Shown in pieces: positions 9,811-19,620 of a stretch of DNA of 64,000 bases (positions within the stretch are counted from its first letter, which is position 1; each line of letters starts with the position of its first letter). Where the stretch lies: positions 864,001 to 928,000 of the forward strand of contig OY760505.1 of the NCBI GenBank assembly GCA_963663545.1. Reading direction: 5' to 3'. The position numbers were made by a program, and so were the translations under genes. The notes below the pieces were generated by a model. It made no database searches and was not told where the DNA came from. It worked only from the letters and a program-made list of their open reading frames with translations. Source of the DNA: Candidatus Delongbacteria bacterium (GTDB taxonomy: Bacteria; CAIWAD01).

Positions 9811-10815
9811 CTAGAACTGCTTGAGAAAGCGCAGATCGTTTTCGTAGAAGAGACGGATGTCGTCTACTTCGTAGAGCAACATGGCCATGCGCTCGATGCC
9901 AAGACCGAAAGCGAAGCCGCTATACTCGGCAGGATCGATCTCTACACCGCGTAACACATTGGGATGCACCATACCGCTGCCGCCCATTTCCAGCCAGCCG
10001 GACTGCTTGCAGACGCGGCAGCCCTGGCCCTTGCAGAAGATGCAGGTCACGTCCACCTCTGCCGAAGGCGTGGTGAAGGGAAAGTAGTGCGGGCGGAAGC
10101 GCAGTTGGGTATCAGCGCCAAAAATCTGGCGGTAGAAGCCCAGCAGCGTTCCCTTGAGGTCGGCGAAACTGATGCCGTGATCCACGCAAAGTCCCTCGAC
10201 CTGCATGAACATCGGGCTGTGGGTAGCGTCGGGCTTGTCGTTGCGGTACACGCGTCCGGGAGCGATGATGCGCAGCGGCGGCTTGACCTTCTGCATCACA
10301 CGCACCTGCACGGGGCTGGTCTCGGTGCGCAGCATGTGGCCCTGCTCAAGATACAGGCTGTCCTCCTCGGCGCGGGCGGGATGCCAGAAAGGCGTGTTGA
10401 GCATGTCAAAGTTGTAGTGCTCGGTCTCGACTTCCGGGCCGTCCTCGACAGTGAAACCCATGCGGGTGAACACGCTGATGATCAGCTCGCGCATCTGCTC
10501 CAGCGGGTGCAGGCGTCCGCGTGATACAGGATGCCCCGGCAGGCTCAGATCCACACCGGCCACACTCTGGCTGCGCTTCATGTTGTCCTGGATTTCGTTG
10601 AAGGCGGCGGTCAGCTCCTGCTTGAGCTCGTTGAGCTGCTGGCCTAGGCGCGGACGCTCTGCCGCGTCGGCGTCCTTCATCAACAAAAAGAGCTTCTGCA
10701 CTTCGCCTTTGCGGCCTAGCCAGTCAGCGTGGAAGGCCTTGAGTGCGTCAAGGTCTGCAACCGCTTTCAGCTCGGCGGTGAAGCGCTGGCGCAGCTCGTT
10801 CATTCTTTGTTGCAT
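9811..10815 (-). CDS. pheS: Phenylalanine-tRNA ligase alpha subunit
   Basis: HPAR, LRTETSPVQ, PGRVYRND, FRPHYFPFT, GFAFGLGIER. Confidence 0.98.
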   Translation of the reverse strand: MQQRMNELRQRFTAELKAVADLDALKAFHADWLGRKGEVQKLFLLMKDADAAERPRLGQQLNELKQELTAAFNEIQDNMKRSQSVAGVDLSLPGHPVSRGRLHPLEQMRELIISVFTRMGFTVEDGPEVETEHYNFDMLNTPFWHPARAEEDSLYLEQGHMLRTETSPVQVRVMQKVKPPLRIIAPGRVYRNDKPDATHSPMFMQVEGLCVDHGISFADLKGTLLGFYRQIFGADTQLRFRPHYFPFTTPSAEVDVTCIFCKGQGCRVCKQSGWLEMGGSGMVHPNVLRGVEIDPAEYSGFAFGLGIERMAMLLYEVDDIRLFYENDLRFLKQF

Positions 10816-10868
10816 TCTGCTTCCCTCTTCTATCGAAATCGGGATTCTCTACTACGTTCGCGATCAGC

Positions 10869-11110
10869 TCCGCCTGCGGCGGAAAGCTCTGGTTCTTTGC
10901 TGCGCAAAGAGAAAGCCTACTTTTCTTTGTTGCGACAAAGAAAAGTAGCAAAAGAAAGCGCTCGCTCCCTCCGACCCGAGGATTGTTGACCACTGGTCAA
11001 CAACCGCGGGCGGGCACCACTTGCTTGCTAGAAGGCTACGCTCATTGATTCAGACCTTCGGTCTTCATCACTGGCCTAACGGCCATTTATTGAGCGCAAC
11101 CAGTGATGGA
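10869..11110. repeat. Composite palindromic (REP-like) element between rplT and pheS
   Basis: TCCGCC-TGC-GGCGGA; CTTTGC-TGC-GCAAAG; 14-bp perfect stem CTACTTTTCTTTGT-TGCG-ACAAAGAAAAGTAG (10,917-10,948); GTTGACCA-C-TGGTCAAC; CATCACTGG...CCAGTGATG. Confidence 0.75.
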
Positions 11111-11122
11111 AGGACTCGCTTC

Positions 11123-11153
11123 AAAGAGAAATGTCCCCTTGCGGGGACATTTT
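11123..11153 (-). terminator. Intrinsic terminator after rplT
   Basis: AAATGTCCCC-GCAA-GGGGACATTT followed by CTCTTT on minus strand. Confidence 0.8.
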
Positions 11154-11175
11154 GCGTATGCTGAGTCGCGCCGCT

Positions 11176-11520
11176 CTACTTGACTGATTCCACGAGGGCG
11201 TTAAAAGCCTCGGGATTGCGCACGGCCATGTCAGCCAGCTGCTTGCGGTCGATGTCGATGTTCTTCTCGTCCAGCAGGTGGATGAAGCGCGAGTAGCTCA
11301 GGTCGTGCATGCGCACGGCGGCGTTGATGCGCGTGATCCACAGGCGACGGAAATCACCTTTGCGACGCTTGCGATGAGCAGTCGAGAAAGCAAGACCACG
11401 GTCGATGGCGGCCAGCGTCTGACGAACCAGATTATTACGTCCGCCACGATAGCCCTTGGCGGCGGCAAATGCGCGCTTGCGGCGAGCCTTGGAGGCGGGA
11501 TTATTTGTTGCTCTCGGCAT
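11176..11520 (-). CDS. rplT: 50S ribosomal protein L20
   Basis: AKGYRGGR, DFRRLWITRINAA, SYSRFI, IDRKQLADMA. Confidence 0.98.
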   Translation of the reverse strand: MPRATNNPASKARRKRAFAAAKGYRGGRNNLVRQTLAAIDRGLAFSTAHRKRRKGDFRRLWITRINAAVRMHDLSYSRFIHLLDEKNIDIDRKQLADMAVRNPEAFNALVESVK

Positions 11521-11532
11521 GGGACTACCTCC

Positions 11533-11727
11533 TTACTTGCCTAACATAGCCTTCACGCGCGGCTCGTCCACTTCGGCCACGATCAGGGACTTCCGCAGAC
11601 CGCGCTTGCGATCAGGGCTTTTCTTGGTCAGAATATGGCTGCCGTAGGCCTGGTTGCGCTTGACGCGCCCGGTTCCGGTCAGCTTGAAGCGCTTTGCAGC
11701 AGCGCGCCGGGTTCTCATCTTGGGCAT
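11533..11727 (-). CDS. rpmI: 50S ribosomal protein L35
   Basis: [27 protein letters not shown]. Confidence 0.98.
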   Translation of the reverse strand: MPKMRTRRAAAKRFKLTGTGRVKRNQAYGSHILTKKSPDRKRGLRKSLIVAEVDEPRVKAMLGK

Positions 11728-11766
11728 GATATATCCTCCAGTTCTTCTTGTTGACGCTTCGCCAGA

Positions 11767-12321
11767 CTACTTGCGCTTCTTGGGCGCCAGCAGCAGGGTC
11801 ATATTGCGCGGCCCATCCATCCGGGGAGCCTGCTCGACGTTGGCCACGTCCTTGACCAGTTCGATGAACTGCTCCAGAATGCCAGAGCCCAGCTCCTTGT
11901 GGGTGATCATGCGACCGCGGAAAATCACAAAGACCTTGACCTTGTTGCCCTCTTCGAGGAACTCCTGCGCACGGGCAGCCTTGGTCTTGAGATCGTTGGG
12001 ACCAATCTTCGGCGACAGGCGCACACCCTTTACGGTGACGGTGTGCTGCTTGGCCTTGGCCACTTTTTCCTTTTTGGCCTGCTCGTACAGAAATTTGCCA
12101 TAGTCCAGGATCTTGCAGACCGGGGGATCGGCGTTGGGAGAAATCTCAACCAGATCCTGCCCTGCCTCTTCAGCCAGCACCAAAGCCTCCTGCAAGGAGA
12201 CGACGCCGCGCTGTTCGCCCTCTTCGTCAATCAGACGCACTTCGGCTGCGCGAATGCCGCCGTTCAACCGATGCTTTTGCGCCTGTACCTTAGGACGCTG
12301 AAAGAACTTGCCTCTGGCGAT
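11767..12321 (-). CDS. infC: Translation initiation factor IF-3, probable non-canonical ATC start
   Basis: DLVEISPNADPPVCKILDYGKF, FRGR; AAGGAG followed after 6 nt by in-frame ATC at 12,321. Confidence 0.95.
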   Translation of the reverse strand: MARGKFFQRPKVQAQKHRLNGGIRAAEVRLIDEEGEQRGVVSLQEALVLAEEAGQDLVEISPNADPPVCKILDYGKFLYEQAKKEKVAKAKQHTVTVKGVRLSPKIGPNDLKTKAARAQEFLEEGNKVKVFVIFRGRMITHKELGSGILEQFIELVKDVANVEQAPRMDGPRNMTLLLAPKKRK

Positions 12322-12377
12322 GATGTACTCCTTTAAGGATGACCAACTGACCTATCGCGGCCGCAAAGCGGGAGCCT

Positions 12378-14315
<1,938 letters not shown>

Positions 14316-14443
14316 GGTCCTTTCCTCTTCCTTTCCGGGGTGACGTGCGCCAGCAACGCCTTCCCCTATGGCAGCGAACAAGCCCCCGCGGGGGCCTGTT
14401 GCAGTTTCAATGCAAGCAGCAAGTGGTACTGGCTGCTTTCAAG

Positions 14444-14517
14444 TGGGCGGTACGGGATTCGAACCTGTGACCCCTAGCGTGTCGAGCTAGTGCTCTAACC
14501 AACTGAGCTAACCGCCC
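14444..14517 (-). tRNA. tRNA-Val(GAC), CCA not encoded
   Basis: GGGCGGTTAGCTCAGTTGGTTAGAGC...CTAGC-TCGACAC-GCTAG...GGTTCGAATCC...ACCGCCCA cloverleaf. Confidence 0.97.
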
Positions 14518-14530
14518 AAGAAAGACCGAG

Positions 14531-14559
14531 AAGATAGCGTGGGAGGAGCAGCTTGTCAA
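14531..14559 (-). promoter_or_regulatory. sigma70-type promoter for tRNA-Val/thrS
   Basis: TTGACA (14,559-14,554), 17-nt spacer, TATCTT (14,536-14,531). Confidence 0.8.
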
Positions 14560-14670
14560 GTCCACTCCCCCTTAATCGGTATCGGTGCCCATTCTCCGCG
14601 CCGCCCTTTTCCTGTTGTAATATCGAGACACAGATCGCAGATTGGGCGTACACAGATCCGGAGAATAGCG

Positions 14671-16962
14671 ATGAACACGAACAAGAGTTTCCTGATGGCA
14701 GCTGTGCTGATGATTGCAGCATGTGCTGTAGCACAGACGGGTACCTACGCCGACTACGAGTACCTCTCAAGTGCTGAGATCTCACCGGAAGGGCACGCAT
14801 CCACATTTGTATCCGGAGAGGCTCTCTGGGAGCCCATTCACACGAACGGTGCATTCAACATCTCCGACTTATGCTGCCCCATGTTTATGGGTCTGGCAAC
14901 TTGTGGCGCAGACTACGTCATCAATCTTACCGAAGACCAATACGAGTATGTCTTCCAGGGTGGCCTGGTGATGCAATCTCCCGGTGTAAGTCTAGACGTT
15001 GAGGATACATTGGAAGAAATACGCAGTGCCGTGCAGGAGCCCCATCACTACACCGGTTTCGCCATTGTCGATGGTGATACACAGGCCGTTACGACCTATC
15101 TGAAGTTTCTTCACAACGAATATGCTGTAGCACAGTATTGTGCCGGACTAGTGCGAGCCGAGCTGGATAGTCTTGACCAACCAACCGGCATCTACGACAC
15201 ACTCTACGTGACACAAGCTGAAACGGACTGGCTGATTCAGCCATTGCCAACGACTGCGGGTGAAGAAGTCATTGTAGTTGACGGCGTCTGTCGACTGGAA
15301 GGCTTTGTTGAGGGACGTATCACGGTGCTGGCCTCTGACAGCATGTTCATCATGGATGATCTGGTCACAAGCGATGTCGTCTTGAGCAACTGCGGCGATA
15401 ACTCCTTTGGTCGCGTTCCGGAAGGTTCGAGCAACTGCATCGGCCTGATTGGTGAGAAGGATATCATTGTTGCCGCCACAGTCCCGAACGGTGCTTTCGA
15501 CGGTGCTTACCTTGGCGAACACTTCTGTGTATCACAGATGGGGCCAGCCTGGCAGGGTGGACCGGCCATGCCGGCAAACATCGACTCGTGCTCCGGTGCG
15601 TACAAAGATGTTGTTATCACCGCCAGTATCATGGCTCTTGGCTGTACTTTTGAGACCGAATTCTGGCACACATCGGCAACGGCTTCACCCATTCCGCCCA
15701 GTGAAGGGACAGGCATGGGTAGTACCAGCCTTTGCAATGAGGGTTTGAATGATTCCCACGTTGCCTACTGGGACTGTGGATTTTCAACAACCGCGGATCG
15801 CCGCGGCACTCTCTGGTTTGACGGTTCCCTGGTGCAGATCCTGCGCGGCTATCGAGTGCGAAATCCCATTGGCCCTTGGGGAAACGCCACCATTGGCTAT
15901 AGCAGTTTCCTGCGACGCTACGATCGCAACCTGTATCACAGAGCACCGCCGATGTGGCCGCCACTTGAGAACTCGGTGCGCTTCGAGCTCCTGCTACCTC
16001 AGGGGATCTCGGCAACTGGCACCATCAAGCCGTGGAAACTTCGAGGACTCGTGAATAGCGATTCCTGCGGTATCTACCTCCCCACAACTCTGGAGAATTG
16101 CTTTCTGCCCGACTTCTTCAAATGCTCGATCCGTGCTGAGCTTCTCGACGACGAGTTCGAGATCGAAGCCAGAGAAATATTGCTGGCTGACTCCAGTGCG
16201 GCTGTGATACTGCCCTTCCCCGATGTTCCCTTCATCGAAGAGTATCTCCCGGGCGATGAGTTCTTCTATCAACTGGGCTATGGCGGCTGGAATCGCAATG
16301 GAACTAGGCTCCGCTGGACTCTGCAGGCCGGGCCCGTGGCAGCAGAAGCGGAGGCCCTAGGCGTTACTGAAGGTGTACAGCCCGTCTTCAGCGAGTTCGT
16401 TCAGCAGTGGAATTCCACCACAAGCCGCTTTCGTATCACGGAGCGCGCCGATGTGAACCTGCTCGTCCGGCTGGTGGACGGCAGTGGAAATGTTCTGTCA
16501 GAGAGCGAGTTCAGCGACAATCTCTTCGAGCTGCCAGCGCTGGACTCTGCGCTCTTCAGCGATGATGATGCCTACGAGATTCACGTGGAAGTCTACGCTC
16601 CCTGGTCCGATCAGACCTGGAGTTCCGCAGGCAGCATCAGCTGGTGGTACAATCCCGACACCGCTGTATCACCCGCCGAACTGCCGCAGGAGCTAAGCCT
16701 GCGCGCCTTCCCCAATCCTTTCAATCCGCGTACTACAGTGGAACTGGCGCTACCATTGGCGGGAGAAGTGTGCGTGGAGCTCTTCGACCTTACGGGCCGC
16801 AGTGCGAGCGTGATACGCCGGGGCGCGATGGCTGCAGGTCTGTATCACATTCCCGTGGACGGACAGAACCTTGCCAGCGGTTTGTATCTGCTGCGCGTCG
16901 AGGCGCCCGATGCAGCCGGGCAGCGTCAGCAGCGGGTGCAGAAGCTGCTGCTGGTGAGGTGA
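14671..16962 (+). CDS. Secreted protein, DUF4900/PilX-C-like domain plus T9SS type A-like C-terminal tail (paralogue 1)
   Basis: Signal peptide; HTNG, IGLI, YDRNLYHRAPPMWP motifs; AFPNPFNPRTT...GLYLLRV...QKLLLVR tail; ATG 14,671 after GGAG. Confidence 0.8.
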   Translation: MNTNKSFLMAAVLMIAACAVAQTGTYADYEYLSSAEISPEGHASTFVSGEALWEPIHTNGAFNISDLCCPMFMGLATCGADYVINLTEDQYEYVFQGGLVMQSPGVSLDVEDTLEEIRSAVQEPHHYTGFAIVDGDTQAVTTYLKFLHNEYAVAQYCAGLVRAELDSLDQPTGIYDTLYVTQAETDWLIQPLPTTAGEEVIVVDGVCRLEGFVEGRITVLASDSMFIMDDLVTSDVVLSNCGDNSFGRVPEGSSNCIGLIGEKDIIVAATVPNGAFDGAYLGEHFCVSQMGPAWQGGPAMPANIDSCSGAYKDVVITASIMALGCTFETEFWHTSATASPIPPSEGTGMGSTSLCNEGLNDSHVAYWDCGFSTTADRRGTLWFDGSLVQILRGYRVRNPIGPWGNATIGYSSFLRRYDRNLYHRAPPMWPPLENSVRFELLLPQGISATGTIKPWKLRGLVNSDSCGIYLPTTLENCFLPDFFKCSIRAELLDDEFEIEAREILLADSSAAVILPFPDVPFIEEYLPGDEFFYQLGYGGWNRNGTRLRWTLQAGPVAAEAEALGVTEGVQPVFSEFVQQWNSTTSRFRITERADVNLLVRLVDGSGNVLSESEFSDNLFELPALDSALFSDDDAYEIHVEVYAPWSDQTWSSAGSISWWYNPDTAVSPAELPQELSLRAFPNPFNPRTTVELALPLAGEVCVELFDLTGRSASVIRRGAMAAGLYHIPVDGQNLASGLYLLRVEAPDAAGQRQQRVQKLLLVR
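16315..16962 (+). repeat. 648-bp near-identical direct repeat (copy 2 at 21,310-21,957); last 322 bp also at 19,281-19,602
   Basis: Colinear, same length, long identical runs starting TGGACTCTGCAGGCCGGGCCCGTGG. Confidence 0.95.
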
Positions 16963-16980
16963 GACACAAGGGTGGAATAG

Positions 16981-19602
16981 ATGAAAACACACAGCATCAT
17001 CTTGCTGGCTGGAGTGCTGGCAATATGCACCAGCGCATTTGCCCAGACGGGCACTCTGGCCGACTATCAGCTTCTAAGTCAGCGTGAGAGGACAATGGAA
17101 GAGACTTCTCTCTTTCATGGCTGCATTCACGCGATACAAAATCGTTTCCACACCAACGGCAATATTCCCCTTTCCGACCAGCGCTGTGAAAGATACTTCG
17201 GCCTGGCAAGTAGCTGCGAGGATCTGGATGAGATCCCTCTTGAGCAGTGCAGAGCAGTGTTTCAAGGTGGGCTGGTTACGCACGCACCTGAAGTGAATCT
17301 GGATCTGGACGTACTCCTAGAAGAGATTCGTAACACAGTGGCTAGCGAGAATCACTACCAAGGCTTCATGTATACTGAATCTGAGACACTGGCGGTGACC
17401 ACCTACCTGAGATTCATGAACACTCAGTACGCCGTGTCACAGTATATCAGTTCCAGCGTCCAGGCTGAGTTGGACGATGACGGTGATCCAACGGGTGTAT
17501 ATGATACACTCTATGTTACTCCGGGTAACACGGACTGGGTTGTCCACCCCTTGCCGTCACTACAGAACGGAGAGGTCATTGTTGTAGAGGGCGTCTGCCG
17601 TCTTGAAGGCTTTGTCGAAGGACGTATCACAGTACTTTCCGCCGACAGTATGTTCGTCATGGATGACCTCGTGACCAGCGATGTGATCCTGGAGGAGTAT
17701 GGGAATCGCGAGGTCTATGGCCTAGTACCAGAGAACTCGCCCAACTGCATTGGTCTGATCAGTGAAAGCAATGTGATCATCGCCAATACCTTGCCCAATG
17801 GAGCCTTCAACGGTGCAAACAGCAGTGATTTTTGCACCTCGGTGATGGGGCCAGCCTGGCAGGGAGGACCGGAGATGCCCGCCAACATTCAGGTGGAAAA
17901 CTCCAGCCGGCAGGATGTGGTGATCACGGCCAGCATTATCGCATTGGGATGCACATTCGAAACTGAGTTCTGGCACACATCGGCCACAGGAATCCCGCTA
18001 CCAGAGACAGAGGGGACAGGTATGGGAACCCCAAACCCCCTCTGCGGCGGCATGAACAACTCGCACGTCGCACTCTGGCCTTGTGAGAACGCATCCCCTA
18101 CACGGGATATCCGCGGTGCAGTCTGGTTTTGTGGTTCCGTCACACAGGCACTGACTGGCTTCCTTGGCCGTACTCCGCCCGGGCCATTAGATCCAGTATC
18201 AATTGGTTTGGAAATTGTGCGCCGCTACGATGAGAACTTGTATCACCGAGCTCCTCCGATGTGGCCCATCTCAAGTCTCAACCTACACTACACGCGGCGT
18301 CTTCCCGACGGGCTGGAATCAGGGGATCACATCACGCCGGCGAAGCTCTACGAACTCGCAAGCGATACGACGGCTGGCATCTATCTGCCCACAACGCTCG
18401 ACCACTGTCTACTGCCCGACCACTATCGTCTTCTGCTGAATCACTGCATGTGTTGCGACAGCGTTCCCGTAGTGCAGCAGCCACATGAAATCGTATTGGA
18501 TGATGCATCGATTGCGGTTCTTCTGCCCTTCCCACGAGTTGACTGCACCACATTTGCCCTTCCCGGTGATACAATTTCTCCTGTTCTTGGTGTCACTGCC
18601 TGGAATAGGAACGGTTCCGATTGTTCTTGGGTGCTAACCACAGGAGATCTGCAACTAGCCCCAGCTAGTATGGATGTTGAATGCGGCGAGCAGCCATTCT
18701 TCGATGAGTTCGTCCAGCGCTGGAATGCCGCCGACCAGCTCTTCCGTGTCGTTGAGAGTCCGGAGGTGGTTCATACCGTTCGCCTGGTGAATGAGGACGG
18801 AAACATCCTGGCCGAGTCATCGGAAGGGACTGTACTCTTCGCCCTGCCCGAGCTGGAAACAGGCGTGTATTTCGACTACCAATCCTACAAGATTCATGTG
18901 GAAGTACTTGGTCCATGGTCCGGCAGTGGCTGGACCTCACTGGACGAGCACACGTGGTGGCACAACGATGCGCCCGAATTCGAATGGACACAGGCCCCGC
19001 CCGCCTGCGGCCAAGTGACAAGCAGGGAAGCCTTTCTTGCCAATTGGAACTCAGCTCCACCCGTGATACATCTGTTTGATCAAAACCATGATTCGATTCA
19101 TGTGCAGCTCCAGAACCAGGGCATCACATTGCGAGCATGGAGCCTGGCCGCAACACACATACCAACAACCCTTGAGTTAAGCAATCTCGCGCCTGCCGAC
19201 CTTCCCGGCGAAGCCTTCGAGCTCAGCTTGCACATCCATGACCGATTAGGCTTCGCTCCCGAAGGCTACGAGCCACTGGTCTGGTGGTACAACCCCGACA
19301 CCGCTGTATCACCCGCCGAACTGCCGCAGGAGCTAAGCCTGCGCGCCTTCCCCAATCCCTTCAATCCGCGTACTACAATTGAATTGGCGCTGCCGGTGGC
19401 GGGCGAGGTGCGCGTGGAGCTCTTTGACCTTGCGGGCCGCAGTGCGAGCGTGATACGCCGGGGCGAAATGGCTGCAGGTCTGTATCACATTCCCGTGGAC
19501 GGACAGAACCTTGCCAGCGGTTTGTATCTGCTGCGCGTCGAGGCGCCGGATGCAGCCGGGCAGCGGCAGCAGAGGGTGCAGAAGTTGCTGTTGGTGAAGT
19601 AG
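16981..19602 (+). CDS. Secreted paralogue 2 (one extra ~110-aa spacer module)
   Basis: Same motifs and tail as paralogue 1; extra module before the tail. Confidence 0.8.
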   Translation: MKTHSIILLAGVLAICTSAFAQTGTLADYQLLSQRERTMEETSLFHGCIHAIQNRFHTNGNIPLSDQRCERYFGLASSCEDLDEIPLEQCRAVFQGGLVTHAPEVNLDLDVLLEEIRNTVASENHYQGFMYTESETLAVTTYLRFMNTQYAVSQYISSSVQAELDDDGDPTGVYDTLYVTPGNTDWVVHPLPSLQNGEVIVVEGVCRLEGFVEGRITVLSADSMFVMDDLVTSDVILEEYGNREVYGLVPENSPNCIGLISESNVIIANTLPNGAFNGANSSDFCTSVMGPAWQGGPEMPANIQVENSSRQDVVITASIIALGCTFETEFWHTSATGIPLPETEGTGMGTPNPLCGGMNNSHVALWPCENASPTRDIRGAVWFCGSVTQALTGFLGRTPPGPLDPVSIGLEIVRRYDENLYHRAPPMWPISSLNLHYTRRLPDGLESGDHITPAKLYELASDTTAGIYLPTTLDHCLLPDHYRLLLNHCMCCDSVPVVQQPHEIVLDDASIAVLLPFPRVDCTTFALPGDTISPVLGVTAWNRNGSDCSWVLTTGDLQLAPASMDVECGEQPFFDEFVQRWNAADQLFRVVESPEVVHTVRLVNEDGNILAESSEGTVLFALPELETGVYFDYQSYKIHVEVLGPWSGSGWTSLDEHTWWHNDAPEFEWTQAPPACGQVTSREAFLANWNSAPPVIHLFDQNHDSIHVQLQNQGITLRAWSLAATHIPTTLELSNLAPADLPGEAFELSLHIHDRLGFAPEGYEPLVWWYNPDTAVSPAELPQELSLRAFPNPFNPRTTIELALPVAGEVRVELFDLAGRSASVIRRGEMAAGLYHIPVDGQNLASGLYLLRVEAPDAAGQRQQRVQKLLLVK

Positions 19603-19620
19603 CACATAGGCTGAGGAAGC

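Noticed and set aside
408..11110. CRISPR array in the palindromic intergenic regions
   Set aside because: No regularly spaced identical repeats with unique spacers and no cas genes.
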